The position numbers were made by a program, and so were the translations under genes. The notes below the pieces were generated by a model, which did no database searches, was not told the origin of the DNA, and saw only the letters and a program-made list of their open reading frames with translations. Below, piece by piece: positions 1 through 13,751 of a stretch of 64,000 nucleotides of DNA. Source of the stretch: Camelus ferus (Eukaryota). The stretch's first letter is position 1; every line of letters starts with the position of its first letter. The DNA lies in the NCBI RefSeq assembly GCF_009834535.1, contig NC_045703.1, positions 73,160,001 through 73,224,000 of the forward strand. Reading direction: 5' to 3'.

Positions 1-3000
1 AGAAATCACTGCTGGCAGACGGGGCGGCGCTGGAACCGGCGTGTGCTTTCTTATTAGGATATTGTGACTCTGTTCTCTCCTCTCCTCCCCAGGCTTCCTC
101 AAAAAATGTAAATGCCTCTTTACTAAAACGAACCAAGGCACAGGGAAACCCCGGAGAGGAGCCGGGGAGAGGTTTCCTGTGGCCCGGGCGTCTGGTCCCA
201 GCACGGGGAGGGGGTCCCTGATGCGGGGACACTGGCAGGAACACAGGATGGGGTCTGGACGTCAAGTGGCCCCACAGGGCCCTGCTCGAAACGCGAGGCT
301 GCGCCCTGAGCCCTGCCGGGGCTGGAAACCCTCTTTCCCTGAAAGCCGAGCCAGCCGCCTCCTGCGACTGGACTCGGTCGCTCGGAGAACGTGCACAGTC
401 GTCTCAGCTTAGAGGCCACAGAAACTGGCTTGGTCATCTGATTCCACCCGGCGGAAGCTGATAAGAGGTCAAACCACAGAGAACGGGGGCACCTACTGCC
501 CAAAGCGTCTGTTTCTCACAGGACAGTTGAACCGCTTCGCTGCCGGGGCAGAGCCCAGGTTCCAGCTCGGGGTCACGGGAGGCACTGCGCGTTCCAGTTT
601 CTTTTTTATACCACAATTTCATACGGTATTACACGCGTTTCTTAAAAAGAGTCATGCGAAACCCTCCTTACACACAAAGCTCAACTTTATTTATCCTAAA
701 GTCTTGTGTGAGGTTTAAGTGGTGTTGCATGCTAAGCAGAGCGTGATGAGAAATTCCGTGGTGAATTTCCACAAAAGCCGTGACCCACCAAACAGCATCG
801 AATGAGTCTCCACCCCAGGCTTCTCTGTCAGGTTAGCAAGTCTGAGCAGCGCCTTCGGAGGAAGAAGGTATTTCTGGTAAATCCCTTATTTATATAAAAA
901 CAGTTTAGACGTTCCTGTGATTTCGTCTTTGTTCTTCAGGGACTCGACTGTAACTCATGAACTGGCCACGTGTAAGTCACACCACACTTCCTCCATTCGT
1001 CCTCAGTTCCCACCCAGTCTGTTTACCAGCGTCCTCATCCTTTGTGTGAACCGCTATCAGCCGGGAAGGGATTTGCTGAGGCCACAGGAGGCAGGAGGAG
1101 GGGGTGGGGTGGGTGGGGGCGCTGCCCCCGCAGAGCTGCCCCAAGGCACCGAGGCGCGGGCCTGCGGCTCAGGGGACCCTCCCGTCATCTCTGGAGCGAG
1201 GAGGCCCCGCTGCTGCCTCTCCCGGTGCTCAGTCCACGTCCATGCTTATAATTTAGGTCGCTTCTCTTCTCATCCAGAAAAACACGAATAAGAGTTTTCT
1301 TTTTGGTGCACGGAGTGAGGGGCAGCGGGGCGATGTGCAGGGGTCCCCGCTCAGGCTGCGCCTCGCACTGGCCGTGTCCCCAGGCCTCGGGCCTGGTTGA
1401 GGGGGTGGTCAAGGTGCCGTGGGGGTCATGACCAGGGAAGAGCCCCCGCCTCCGCTGCTGCGTTTCCCATTTCCAGGTGTCCTTCAGCACGGAACCCACT
1501 CCCTCGTGTTTTGTGTCCAACCCGACTGCCTCTGTGAGTCCAGAGAGAGAAGACACAGCTCTCGGGACCGTAGGATGTGCTGTCTCCACACCGCAGGCTC
1601 AGCGCCCCGACCCGGGCACCGGGCACCAGGAGAGGCACTCCCGGGCTCGGCCAGCACTCGTTGGGGCAGGTCCCCTCCCAGGGCCCAGCTCCCAGAGCAT
1701 CCGTATCTCCTGTGGTTTCCAGCTGCCCAGGCGCACCCAAGAGCGTCTTGTGGGGACTGGACCGGCCCCACCGCCCCCTGCCGGCCCCGTGCCCTCCCCT
1801 CTGAGTGCCACGCAGGGCGGGATGGTTGTCACATCGGAGGTGTCAGGGCCCCCCCAACGTCCTCAGAGGGGACAGGATGGCCACCCCCGGCATGGCATCC
1901 TGCCAGAGGCGGGTCCAGGACCATGAGGGTCCTGAGGGGCCCGTGCGTCCACGGTACACCGTTTCTTCTCGGGATGTTTAATATTTAACGTGTCCGATGG
2001 GCTAAACCAACCTGCTTAATCAACTGTTTAACTTGAGACATTTCCATCTCCGCCAGAGTCTAAATCAGGTGGGGCCGGCGAGCAGGTGGCTGAAGGCCAC
2101 GCCTTGGGGTCCTGAGCTGAAGCCACCCTGCCCATGTTGCTTTTGTCCACTTGTGGCTCTTCACAGCCATCTGAGCCTCGGATCCGCCCCGCCTGGGCAG
2201 TGTTTACACCCAGGGCGCCAGGAGCGGGCCCGTCTCAGGGCCCCTGACGTCTGTCCACCTCGGCGGGCGACAGAGGAGCGACATGACTGGACCAAAGGAT
2301 GGACGAAATTTTGAAGGACAGGCTGGTGGTCGGCAGAGGGGCAGTGGCTGCAAAATTGGATCCTGTGGCTGATTTTGTTAATAAACCCTCTTTTCTTCAC
2401 AGTGGAGTTGAGTCTTTTCAGTTCGACCCAATAAGGAAACCCCAAACCAAAAATGTGCCTTTTTCTTTCTACAAATGCATGCTGAGCCCCCTCTGCACAG
2501 GCTGGGTGCTCCTCAGCTGGTGGGCCAGCCTGCGGGGCCCTCACCCCAGCCACGCAGGGACCAAAGCAAGGGCTTTCTGCAGGATGCCCAGCTCTGTGGG
2601 GCAGGGTTGGGAGTGGAAGCCGGTCTCTGGGCTCTGAGCAATGGAGGATGCATCTGAGGACGGTCCACGGGCCGGAGCAGGCCGCGCGCCCACGCCTGCC
2701 TCCTTCCTCTGAGCCCCCCAGGCCCGGGCAGGAGGAGACGGGAGAGCAAGAGCCCGGCGCCGCCAGCACCTCCCCCTCAGCTCGCCCCACGCCGGGCTTT
2801 GCCGGCTCCACGTCGTGGCAGCGGAGACTGCGCCACGAGGGAGAAGCCTCTCTGCACAACCCTGTAGAGCGTGGGCTCGGGAGGGAGGCGCTCCCTGCGT
2901 GACTGGCGGTGCCTCCTGCCGGCTCTGGAGCATCCCCTCCCTTCCCGGGGGGTGGAGAAGCGCTTCCCTTTCCTGCGCCTCCTGGCCCGCAGGCCCTCTC

Positions 3001-4809
3001 CCATCCCCTGAGGACGGCGCGGCGCTCTCCTAGAATAGGTGCCTGTGCTTTCAGAACGGCCTTTCCAGATGGCAGCTGTGGCCCGGCCGCTGGGGGCCAG
3101 CCCAGGCCCGGCCCAGACGCCGGGTGGGGTGGCTCCTGTCGGCCAATGGGGCTCAAGGACAAGGGGTTTTCATGGCTGATCCTGTCCTGGGCCCCGCTCC
3201 GGTCTCAGGGCCACTATAACTGGGGGCCCCTTGCATTTCTGAGGTCCCCCATATTCAGTCCCAGGGCCCCTCTTCTTCTTCACGGTTGGGGTCAGATGTG
3301 AGAGGCGACCACAGGCAGGAACAGCAGGACTCTCTCCTTCAGCTCAAAGAGCCTCCAAGCGGCGGGGGCAGGATGGACAAGGGGACAGGAGGGGGAGGGG
3401 TGTGGGTCAGTGTTAGCCTGGCTTCCCTGGGCCCCAGCGGTAGAAATTAAGAGCCACGCCAAAGCCCTCCTCTGTCAGGTCATCACGAAGTCCGGATTCT
3501 GAAAGGTTACCATTGAGGTCAATGTATCTCCGATGGATCACGGTAACATCAACCCAGCAGGGAACTGAGTTTCTGAAGAAACCGAATTATTCACTCCAAC
3601 TTTTCTCCACTTTTGAATATCAGAACTATCACCAAAGGTCTGTCCAGATTATGTCCTACAGAAGCTTTAAAAGTAGACACCAACTTGGTTTTTAAAATGT
3701 GCGCAGGGCCCATAGTTGACTCTGTGCTGAGCCTGTAAAGAAGTAAAGCTGATGACACCTCGTGCGAGACGTTGCATTACGGACCTACCCACATCGGGCG
3801 AGAAGGCACGTGCTCAGGCCCCCACGTGCTCGGCCAGTTCGCAGCCGGCGGGGAAGGTCTGAGGGCCTCCCCGCCCAGCGCCTGCCGCAGGAGGAGAGCT
3901 TTGCTCGCGGCCACTCGGGATTAGTTGGGAAGGGGCGCCCGTGTGCGCACTGGTGTTCAGGCCCTGTGTCTGGGCAGAGCTCTTTTCCAGCCAACCCTGA
4001 AAACAACCAGACGGAAGCAGCCGGGACCCTCAGACAAGCCCCCAGGGCGTCGCTGCCCCTCCAGGAGCTTCCTGGCGCTGCAGGGGGAAGCGGGGCTGAC
4101 GCCTGCCGGCCCTGCGCACAGCCGGCTCCCTGCACAGCGAGCGGCGCGAGCCGGGCGCTTCCGCTTAAGAGCAGGCCCCTTCAGCTCGTCTGATGCAGAC
4201 GGCCAGGGCGGAGTTTAAAGCCTCATCGGTATCTTTGCCTCAGTATTGGAAACGCTGCTTCTTTTGGAGGGTAAACCAACTTGCATGCATTTGCCATTTC
4301 GGTGCACAAACAATAAAGACCAGGCGTTATGTTTGGACCTGGAAACTTACAGGCGGCTCCGCGAAGACTGAGTGGGGACAGCGGCTCGTCCTGGCCTGGG
4401 TGGCAGGCTCAGCACGTGATCTAAAGCAGCTTCTGAAGGCTGTGCCAACGCTACCACTGCCCTCTGGCTGTGAGCCGGGAAAACCAGCCCCTGCGAGGTT
4501 ACACGGCCTTCTCAGCTTCACATGGCTCCGGGGCAGCATCCACCCCGAGGTGCAGCTTCCCTCTGGTCTCGCGCTGGAGGGGCCCTCCCTCTCCCTCTCC
4601 CTCTTCCTCTCCCTCTGCTTCTGCTTCACAGAAAACCATGCTCTTCTCCCCGACAAGCAGGTCTGTGAGACTCGGAAGCCCTCTGAGCAGCTAGGAGCCC
4701 CCTCCCCAGCGGGTGGGGCCCCACGTGTCCTGTGTTCTGGCCCCCTCCCTCCTGAGACCTCTGGGATTTAGGAAGCATGCTTCCTTCCTTCCTTTTTCAT
4801 GTATTTTCC

Positions 4810-4965
4810 TTTTTTAAAAATTGAAGTACATTTTATTTACAGTATTATGTTAGCTTCAGGTGTACAACACAATGATCAGTGTTCTTACAGTTTATAACAC
4901 ATTACAAGCTATTACGAGGCCATGGCTACAATTTCCTGTGCTGTACAATGTGTCCTTGTCACTCA
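4810..4965 (-). mobile_element. L1 3'-end fragment
   Basis: ATTGAAGTACATTTTATTTACAGTATTATGTTAGCTTCAGGTGTACA... resembles the reverse complement of a laurasiatherian L1 3' terminus. Confidence 0.7.
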
Positions 4966-6759
4966 GTTTGCATGTTTCCTTCTTAGCAGAGCCGGGCTTC
5001 CCATACCATCGTTCCACCGTAAGTTTTCAAGTCCTGCTTTGGGAGTGACACGTGATGCCTCTGGCTGAGGGTGAAGACGGCATCAAAGGGCGTTTGAGAG
5101 AGAAAAGTGCTTGAGTCTCTTTGAGAAAGAGAGACCCTGGGACACAAGAGCCAGGCAGCCGCGGCCACGCTACACATCGGGCTCAGCAAGGCGCTTTTGT
5201 AGCCACCATGGGCCGGGCCCTGGTGCAGGTTGAGGACCTGCTGGGACGTGGGCAGGGGGTGGGGGGCGTTCACAGACGCCAGCCCCCTGCCCTCCCCGCC
5301 GCAGGGACTTCCACACTTGGAGGTGGACCTGCTGCTGCTTTACCTCTGGCCGCGGTCAGCCACCAACAGGACAGGGACGCACACTCCCATCTGAGCATGG
5401 ACTTCTAACCCTCACCCTCCCCGCACGGATGCCTCGAGGGCTCCCCGGACACAGGATGCCAAGAGATGACCTGCTGTGGGTGGGAAGGGACCAGGAGAGG
5501 TCATCTGAGGGAGAGGCCTTCTGAAACCCCCTTCGCAGCTGTGACCTCCACCCAGCAGAGGCAGGCAGGAGCCTGCGGGCGCCAGCACACACGTCCGTCA
5601 GTCCCCGCCCACCGCGGCACTCACGTGGTCTCCAGACACTGGCTGCCGCCCTTCCTGCGCTGCTTGCTTGGACGCAGCTCCCTCCGGACAGCACAGGTGC
5701 CAGGAATTGGGTGGCTACTGATGTTCACCTCGGAACTGAGCAGCTTGGGCTGCCCCACCTCACGGGAAGTCTCAGGGGAGTGTCGCTGGTCTCCCCTTTC
5801 TAATCGAAGCAGGTAGGCACACAGGTACGTGGTGGACCCACAAATGGGTCCCTAGGGTGCGACGCAGGGAGACACAGATGGAGGCCGACAGGCGGATGCT
5901 CGGGCGCACGGGCGGAGGCACTTGTTGCAGAGCTGTTCTTTTTTCCTGTGACTCAAGTTTATTTCCTTCTCGGTTTGTTCTAACGTGTTTGTTCACCTGG
6001 AGCGCACTCCTGCCCAGCGAGTCCTCGGTCTTGGCGCGTCTACTCCATCAGCAGGTGCCATCTGCCTGCTCCCTCCTGGTCTGCAGGTGTGAGATGCCAG
6101 CCTGTGGACTGGTGACACTGACCCACCGAAAACCAGTCCATCCAAAACCTACTCGGGGTCACGGCCAGGCGTGGGGAGAGGCAGCCCGGCCCGGGGAGTG
6201 GGGAGCACGTGGGCGAACCTCATCCCCTCTCCCGCCCTCTGTGCCTCTTCCTTGCAGGCGGAGGCTTGGGCGAGGTCCTGGATCCCTGGGGCCTAACCAC
6301 AGTCAGCACAGCCATGGGGGAGAAGGAGGCCTAACAGCACGGCCTCGGGCGGGTGGGAGGGTTTTCCCGTGGGAACCAGGTTGAAAGAAGCCGCTGGGAA
6401 GTGCTCCTGACGCTTATTTCTCACTCCCTGGTTTTGGAAGCGTGAGCCTGTGGTCAGCGGCTTCGGGAAGAGCTCCTTCAGGGCGTTTCCTCCTGAGAAT
6501 GGATCTGCACACGCATGAGCGCTGTCCGCGCCTCTCACTGGAAAACATGGAGCAGCAGCACCCTAGGCGCGGGGACGAGACATGAGGCCCGAGAGTCACT
6601 GCACGGACCTGGGCTCCACGTGGCCAAGGCCGCCCGAGCGCCCGTCAGAGCCGCTGCTGCGGCCTCGCCCGCTGGGCGCCCTCACAAAGGGACAGAGCGG
6701 GTTGACGGGCCTTCTGCCGCGAATGCAGAGAACCCCTGGGGGGGAGTTCTTTTTAAATT

Positions 6760-7600
6760 TAAATATATGGTGGAGATCTTTGAAAATGTGTACGTTTGAA
6801 GGACAACCACCGAAATAAGAGAGACTGTATTTTAACATGTACACTGTTCCCAACTCATAGGCAGAATGAAAAATAAAGTACAACTAAACTCCTACAAAGC
6901 AAAGGAAGACGTATTGTAATTGGAGAACAAAAAACAAGATATTAGAACAAATTCAAACAAACTCAAAGTTGTAAATGGACCGAAGTAGCCATTAAAATAT
7001 GAGGGAGGATCGTGTGTAAAACACAGCTTCTCGGAAGGGCTGAAAATAATCAGACGTGAGCAGATTTATCAGGAGACACAAGTGACAATATGAATGAATG
7101 AACAGATTTTAAAGAAAGCAGCATCATGAGGGCACCAGCTGCCAGTGTGTATGAGAAAAAGATAAACTCACCAGGAGAATAAAGCCCTCGGAGAGTAGCG
7201 ACCTGACAGGTCCTCACCTGTGCACGGCGGATCCACAGTTGCGGGGGACACGTCACCGAACCTGCTCGGGGACCAAGAGCCTAAGCAGATAAATGATACG
7301 GCTTCAGGGGTTCGAAGGACTCCCCTTCTCACGGGTACAGGTGAAGCCCTGCCAAAAAACTGCACACGACAGTCTCCAAAAACCGGCCCAAGGCCGCCAC
7401 AAAGGAGCCTCAACAAACAGGAACCGACAACAAAACAGAAGACTCGTGGACGGCAAGTCCGAGTCCTCGACCTCGCGATCCATCAGAAATGGGTAGCAAG
7501 AAGACAGCCCACAGGACTCCTTCTGTTTGGAAGTTTTTCTAAGGAGTTCACAGGTCAGAGAAGAAAAAATAATGGAAACGAAAGACATTTGCCCAAATGC
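6760..7600 (+). mobile_element. Old L1 fragment, ORF2 endonuclease region, heavily diverged
   Basis: A-rich plus strand; GTAAATGGAC anchor; translation STVAGDTSPNLL resembles the L1 EN motif TIIVGDFNTPLS. Confidence 0.5.
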
Positions 7601-10600
7601 ACCACGACACATGCATCTCCAGCTGCGGGATTCGGCTTAGGCGGCTTAGGCGCTGCGAGGCGGAGCCTCAGCTGAGCGCAGCAGGCGAACTGACCCACCC
7701 CCGAAGGAAGCGGAGGGAGGGAACGGTACTAGTGAGGGTAGAAACGGCTGCAAGGGGGCAGGAAGGGGAAGTCCTGAAGTTTCATGCGCTGCAGCCTTTC
7801 CTCTTTGTTCGGGTGACCTGTTTTCTTTGGGGAACTGCCACCTCCCCTTCCCGTGGGATTTGGGAATGGAGCTGTCAATCAAAGTACCTCTCCCTTCTCC
7901 CCAAGAAGCTAGCATTTTTGAGGCCTATACAAGCTAGTTACCTGGACTCTCAAACCTGGTTCAGCGAGGAACCTGCAAGACTCTGTATTTTGATGGTTTT
8001 TTCCAGGAGCTTGTTTCTACATCAAACACAAGCCTTCACCGAAGAAAGTTCCTGAAGTGTTGAGTCTTGGTCTCGGAGACTCGGGAAAATAGTCTAAAAG
8101 CTCCAGGAACGTTGGGTGTTGCGAATGAGGGGAAGTGCAGTGTGTCTTCCAGGACCTTTAGGACCAGACAGATGCCAATTAAATGCCAAGGGACAATACG
8201 CTTTTCAGCTGAGGACCAGCGTCCTCCGGACGTAGCTCAGAGAGCTGCTGTTTGCAGAGCTTTGCAAAGTTAGCACTTTGGGAACGCGGGGCTTTGGTCT
8301 GTACCCAACCCCTTCACGGGAGGGTGGAAATCCTCCCTCGGTCTCTGGGGATCAGCCTTCGACAAGCCCATCAGCTGTGCAGGGCTCAGCGGCACTAGGG
8401 ATTAAAAATGACTCTATTTATCGCAGACAGCCTGCAGGCTTCCCTCGACTGAGGGGACCGGAGAAGGAACAGCCTTCTGCCACGCACCGCGTTAGGGATG
8501 CTCTGAGGGCTGGAACGGGTCCCTTGCGTGCCCTCCGCTCCTCGACTCCAGAGATGCTCTCTCCTCCCCTTCTCTTCATGGCGAGTGCCTCCGTCGGCAC
8601 AGATGCCAACCCCTGCACGAGTATCTCTGAGCATGGCTGACCCGTTAGCAGAGACTGACCGGACAGGCCACCATCGTTACCTGTCACCCAGCAGGTGAAG
8701 TGTGTCACAGAAACCAAAACAGGACACGGGCATGGAGGCGAAGGAACACAATTAAGGAAAGTGAAGTTAAAGCTCACGAGTTAATGATTTGCCGTTTCGA
8801 TTGCTGTGGATTTTATCCTTGGCCAGGAGAGCGTGGCTGAGAAAAACATAAACGTGGAAATAAAATAGAGTAGAAGATAAAACAGAATAAGAATTTTCAA
8901 ATGGAAGCAAAAATTCTGATTAGAAAGTCTTGTTTTTATCAGGATGTTCTTAGAGATGAGGCTATGTTCTTGTCTCATTTCTTAAATGAGTGACACAGGC
9001 AACCTCTTGAGTTTCTTTGCATTTCAGGCCCCTTGCCTGGGGTGCCTCCTGCCAGAGACGGGGGAGGCCCTCAAACCACAGAACGGCCAGCGTTCTTGCC
9101 ACGCGCATGCGCGGGCCTCCTCAACGCCTCCCGGGGTGGCGCTGGCCACGCCCCTGAGCAGGACCACCTGTCTCTGCCCAGACCCAGTTCAGCACAGCTG
9201 ACCACATGCCTTTCCAAATACAAGTCTAACAGGTTCTCCTGCTGAGCATACACTGGACGATGACCAGACCCCCTGTGACATGGGCTCTGACCCCCAGCTG
9301 GCAGCCACGTGACCAGGAAGCTGACCCCACCCTCCGTCTGCAGCAAACATCCCAGGAAGCCAGTGAGTCAGAGCTGCGGGAAGGCAGGTCGCTGTCTGCA
9401 GGGACGTCTGTGAGCAAAGCTGAACAGGAAGGTCTGTCACCATCCGCCCCGACCGGGCAGGACCTGACCTACGGCCAACAGCTGCCCTAATGTCTGTCCC
9501 CGCGTCCAGCTCAGGACCAACCGGAGGAACCCCAAGTGCTCCCCTCACCAACCTCCTAGGAGCCCCACTTCTCGTAACCCCCGCCTCCACCGCCCCTGCA
9601 CCCCCTTTCCCCCCGGAAGCTCTCTCGTCCCCGGTGCCCAGACTCTGCCAGATGCTAGTGACGCTAGTGACGTCACTGAGGGTGGCCGAGCCCCTCGCTG
9701 CAGCAGCACCACCTGAGCAGCCCCTGCTTGCTCCCACGTGGGCCGCCTGCCCTCGTCCCCACAGCTCGTGGACTCCCATGCATCGGCCAGGATCAGGACC
9801 CCCGTGGACCACCCTGCTGGGACCCTCACCTCTGTCCCACCGCAGCTCCAGACCCCTGCCAGCCCTGCACCACCCCCTCCCCTCCGCCCCCCTTCTCAGC
9901 ACAGGCCCCTCTCCTCCCAGGTAAACCCCTAACTGCACCGTGGGCCCCGAGTCCAAACAGCGCTCCCTCCCGGGCCCCGCGCAGGGCCCGGCCTCTCGGG
10001 GGCTGTTGGGCTGCCCTGCTGGCTGTGTTGCTCTCGGGCGCAGCCCGCCTCCCCGGGCTGGCGCCTGTGGCCTGCAGCCCCCACCTGCGTGCAGCACAGC
10101 TCCTGTAGGAGACGTGCTCAGGGAGGGACTTCGGTGAAAGCAACCCTCGTCTCGCAGCTCTTCCCGCTGTGAGCGCGGAGGGGCGCTCGGCGGCGCAGCC
10201 GTCACCGGACCGGGGAGTGTGCTTCCCGCAGTCCCAGGGGCCGGGCCTCCGCGATGGGGGCTCCGGGGGCAGGTTGCCTTTGCTCTTGGCCTGCGCCTGC
10301 AGCCACCTGTGCCCCCAGGACCCCTTCCCATCCCACCCCCAGGGCCTCAGCTCCCCCGACCGCCTCCCAAGGCCCCGCCTCCACACGCCTCCCCTCTGGG
10401 GTTAGAGGTTCCACACGTGAAGCCTGGGGACAAGCACACTCAGTCCACAATAAATGATAAATATCCTGTTTCCTTGGATTATACGAGATGGTTTGATTGA
10501 ATACCTGGGGTATTGTCTCTGAAATAATCGCACTGTTTTTCTAACTCCTCTGAATCAGCAATCCTTCTAAGTTTAATTTCTACCTTAGCTTGACTTTGAT

Positions 10601-13171
10601 ACTTAGGAAGAACTGGTTCATCCTTTTATCTTTTTAATTGTTTGCTAAAATTTTTGTATTTCAGTCATGCTGGAAGTTTCAAATGCTTTCTAATGATCCC
10701 AAAAGTCAAATAGTAAATTGTCTTAAAGAAAAGAAAAGCCTTAGGGCTGGGGAAATAGTCCACCTGTCTTCAGACGCACTTGACGGGCCCTTATCGTCCT
10801 GTCATCCCCTCCCCCCTCCTCGTCACAGGTCACCTGCGGCTCATGGGAGCTTCCTGCTTTAGTTCCCCTTCATTCTGAGCAGTTACAACCATTTCTGTTC
10901 AGAGAAAATATGCTAAAAATATGAAATACTCAAGCAAATAAACGGAAGGTCTCCATCTCTGCTTTGCGCATGCTGCCTGAACCGTCTGCTTTTCTCGCAC
11001 ATCTCTCTTCTCTGAGTTGACAGGACCTCAGATGCGCTGTCGCTTAGGACTGGACTGCGGCCGGACCCCGACCACCTTCTTGTCACTGATGTTCTCAGCT
11101 TTACTTTTGTTCTTTAAGGCACTTCCCCCGAAGAGCCCTCTCCCCTGGTACTTGCCCCTGGGAGACGCTCGTCCCGCCAGCAATGCTCACAGGGGTCAGA
11201 GACTCTCACTGCCGCCTCCCTGACAGGGGGCCACCTGCCCGCTCTTCCCACCCCCAGCTCCTCTCCGCCCTCCCTCCTGCTCCTCAGACAGGAATGCGAC
11301 CTGGTGGGCAGACACCCCGGGCCCACTTTCCACACCTCCATTTCCTCCTCCCACCAAACCCCAAGGGCTCACCAACCTCAATTTAGACAAAGGAGCAGCC
11401 CCAGGGAGGGCGCACTGATGGCCAGGCTGGGGTCTGAACCCTGTGCTGGGTCTTTGCTGGATGTGGGGGGAAGCAGAGGCATCTGGGCCCGACATGGCGT
11501 CCAGAGTTGTGTTTGTTTACTCCCAACCCGCCCGAGGGAAAAGGCGCTAGCAAGGAAGCAGCTTGCCCTGGGCAAACGCCCGTGAGCCTGGGTCTCCAAG
11601 GCTGGGGAGAGACCAAGAGAGTCTGAGTCAGAGAAGGGGGTGGTGGTGGGGTGGGGAGGGAGACGGATGACGATCTGACGTCTCATCCCGGAGGACACTT
11701 CTGTCCACAGAAGCCACAGGGTCTGCATAGTTCTTATGGTTAGCTGGCACGGTTAGCCGGCACGGTTAGCCTCCTGGTTGCATAGACAGGCCCGGGCTCC
11801 CCGGGGCGGGGCTGCGTCCCTGCCTGGCTGCCCTTTGGAACCTGAATCATTAGAAAGTGGAGCCTGGTCTCTGAGACAGACAGTCCGAGAACCCCTGAGG
11901 CCCCGTCAGCACTGATCCTACACATCTGGGCCAGACACAGCCCGAGTGTCCTCTTTGGTGGCACAAGGACCAAGGATGGGCCCACGACGACTAGGGAAGT
12001 CTGCACTTTCCAAACGTGGCACTCAAAGCCCCTGAAGTGAGTGAGAAAGCCTCCAGCAAACGCAGGATGTGACGTCAGGCAGCAGAACACACTCTGCAGG
12101 CAGTTTCACAGCCGCTTCTGCAGGTGGGCCGGTGAGGGATGTGGACGGGAAACCGCAGGCACCCCGGTGGGGCTGGGATCCTCACACTCGGAACCTTTCT
12201 CCAGAGCTGCACCTGCTAGGTGGCCCCACAAAATCGGAGATCCCCCCGCCTGTGCTGCCACAAAGCTGAGAATGACACCATTGAAGAAAATGCCCCGAGT
12301 AACAACTTTTACCGAAAAACCTGTCACAGGTGGGTTTGAATTTTTCTTCAAATATCAATGCCGTTTTGCAAAGCACTTCAGAAGGCCCCGTCACCTCTCT
12401 CAGTAAGCAGAGGCCGCGCAGCCCGAGCGGGCACGCTATCTGGACAGACTCTGGGACACGCCTGAGTCTCGGTCTGCCCCGGGCCCCTGCAACAGCTGTG
12501 TCTGAGGCTTTACAGACAGCAGGCCCCACAACGTTGCCTCCACCCCCAGGAACCCCAGCCCAGGTCAAACAGGTGGGCTTCCTCTTTGATCTAAATGTCA
12601 ATCTCTCTGAACGGCGCCCTGAAACTAGCTCTCTGCTCCATGAGTACTAACTAGGGTCTGCTATAAATCTACTACTGTAGCTTTTTTTTTTTTTAAATCA
12701 TTTTCCTTCAGAAGTTCCTACCAACCTTGCATTTAGCCCCAGGGAGGGGCTGAGGGGGTCCAGACCCCCACGAGGGCCCACAGGGTGGACGTCCTGCACC
12801 CCCCACCCAGGACCGCAGCAGCAGCTTTGAGCAATTCAGGATAAAGCTGCTTTATGAACTGAAGACGGTGCAGCTCTCAGCACTGCTTCCCTGAAAATCC
12901 TACCTTCTTGAAAACTTGAGGGAAATGTTCTTCAAAAAATAAAGACCTAGAAAAGTTTCTTTTCAAAAACGCTTTTATGACCAATTTATGAGAGTTGGAA
13001 AGAGTCTGGGGTGTTGTCACACGACATGCGTTCTCCCAGCCTGGGTGAGAGGTGAGAGGATGTCCACCCGCGCGATGAGGAGAACCAGGCTTTGCTGGCC
13101 ACCTACTCCCTCGAGGGCCAGGAGGCTAAAAGGGAAAGACTGGTCTGCAAGGACAATGGCATAATCTGGTG

Positions 13172-13177
13172 TTTATT
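13172..13177 (-). terminator. Candidate DACT2 polyadenylation signal AATAAA
   Basis: TTTATT on the plus strand, about 575 nt past the stop codon, followed on the minus strand by a U-rich tract (TCTTTCCCTTTT). Confidence 0.65.
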
Positions 13178-13751
13178 CACGTCGAAGGTTTAACATGGGA
13201 TTCACATTCCAGTCCAGTTTCCAGAACACAGCCCTGCAACCATCTCTTAAAAGGATGCTTTTGGGGAGGAATGGTTCATCAGGCCTGGGGACACACCCAC
13301 CGCCCAGCTCAGACGGAACAGGACAGAGGTGAGTAACCACGAGGCTCACAGCACAGGCACCTGGGAGGCCGGGGTGAGACATCGGTGCTGGGAGAGGCTG
13401 AGAGAGGAGGAAACGGGTGCCAGGGAGGTCGGCCAGGTCTGAAATCTCAGAGTTCCATGGGATCGTCTCCTTTGGGAGGGGCGAGGCGATGCCCCCAGGG
13501 CCGCAGCCTAACCTGTGGGGGGAGCCCTGGGACCTGCTGAATCATCTCCTCCACGGAGACCCCTTTCAAACGGTGGCTTCAGAGATTTGGCAAAATGGTC
13601 ACAGGACACAAACCACACCCCCGCCCTGCATGAGGCTGGACCCACCCTTGGCCAGGAGCCCCGTTGTGCCCTCCTCGCCCAGCCTCCGTGGCTCCCGGAG
13701 GAGCGCGGGCCCCTCGCCGGCCTGGACGCCCTTGGCCACGGCCTGGCAGCC

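Noticed and set aside
9189-10331. 380-aa minus-strand ORF (similarly the 333-aa ORF at 2161-3162)
   Set aside because: All frames are open in this GC-rich DNA; no family motif or convincing splice structure.
12584-12592. TCF/LEF-like CTTTGATCT downstream of DACT2, tempting as Wnt feedback
   Set aside because: A single short motif; several are expected by chance in this window.
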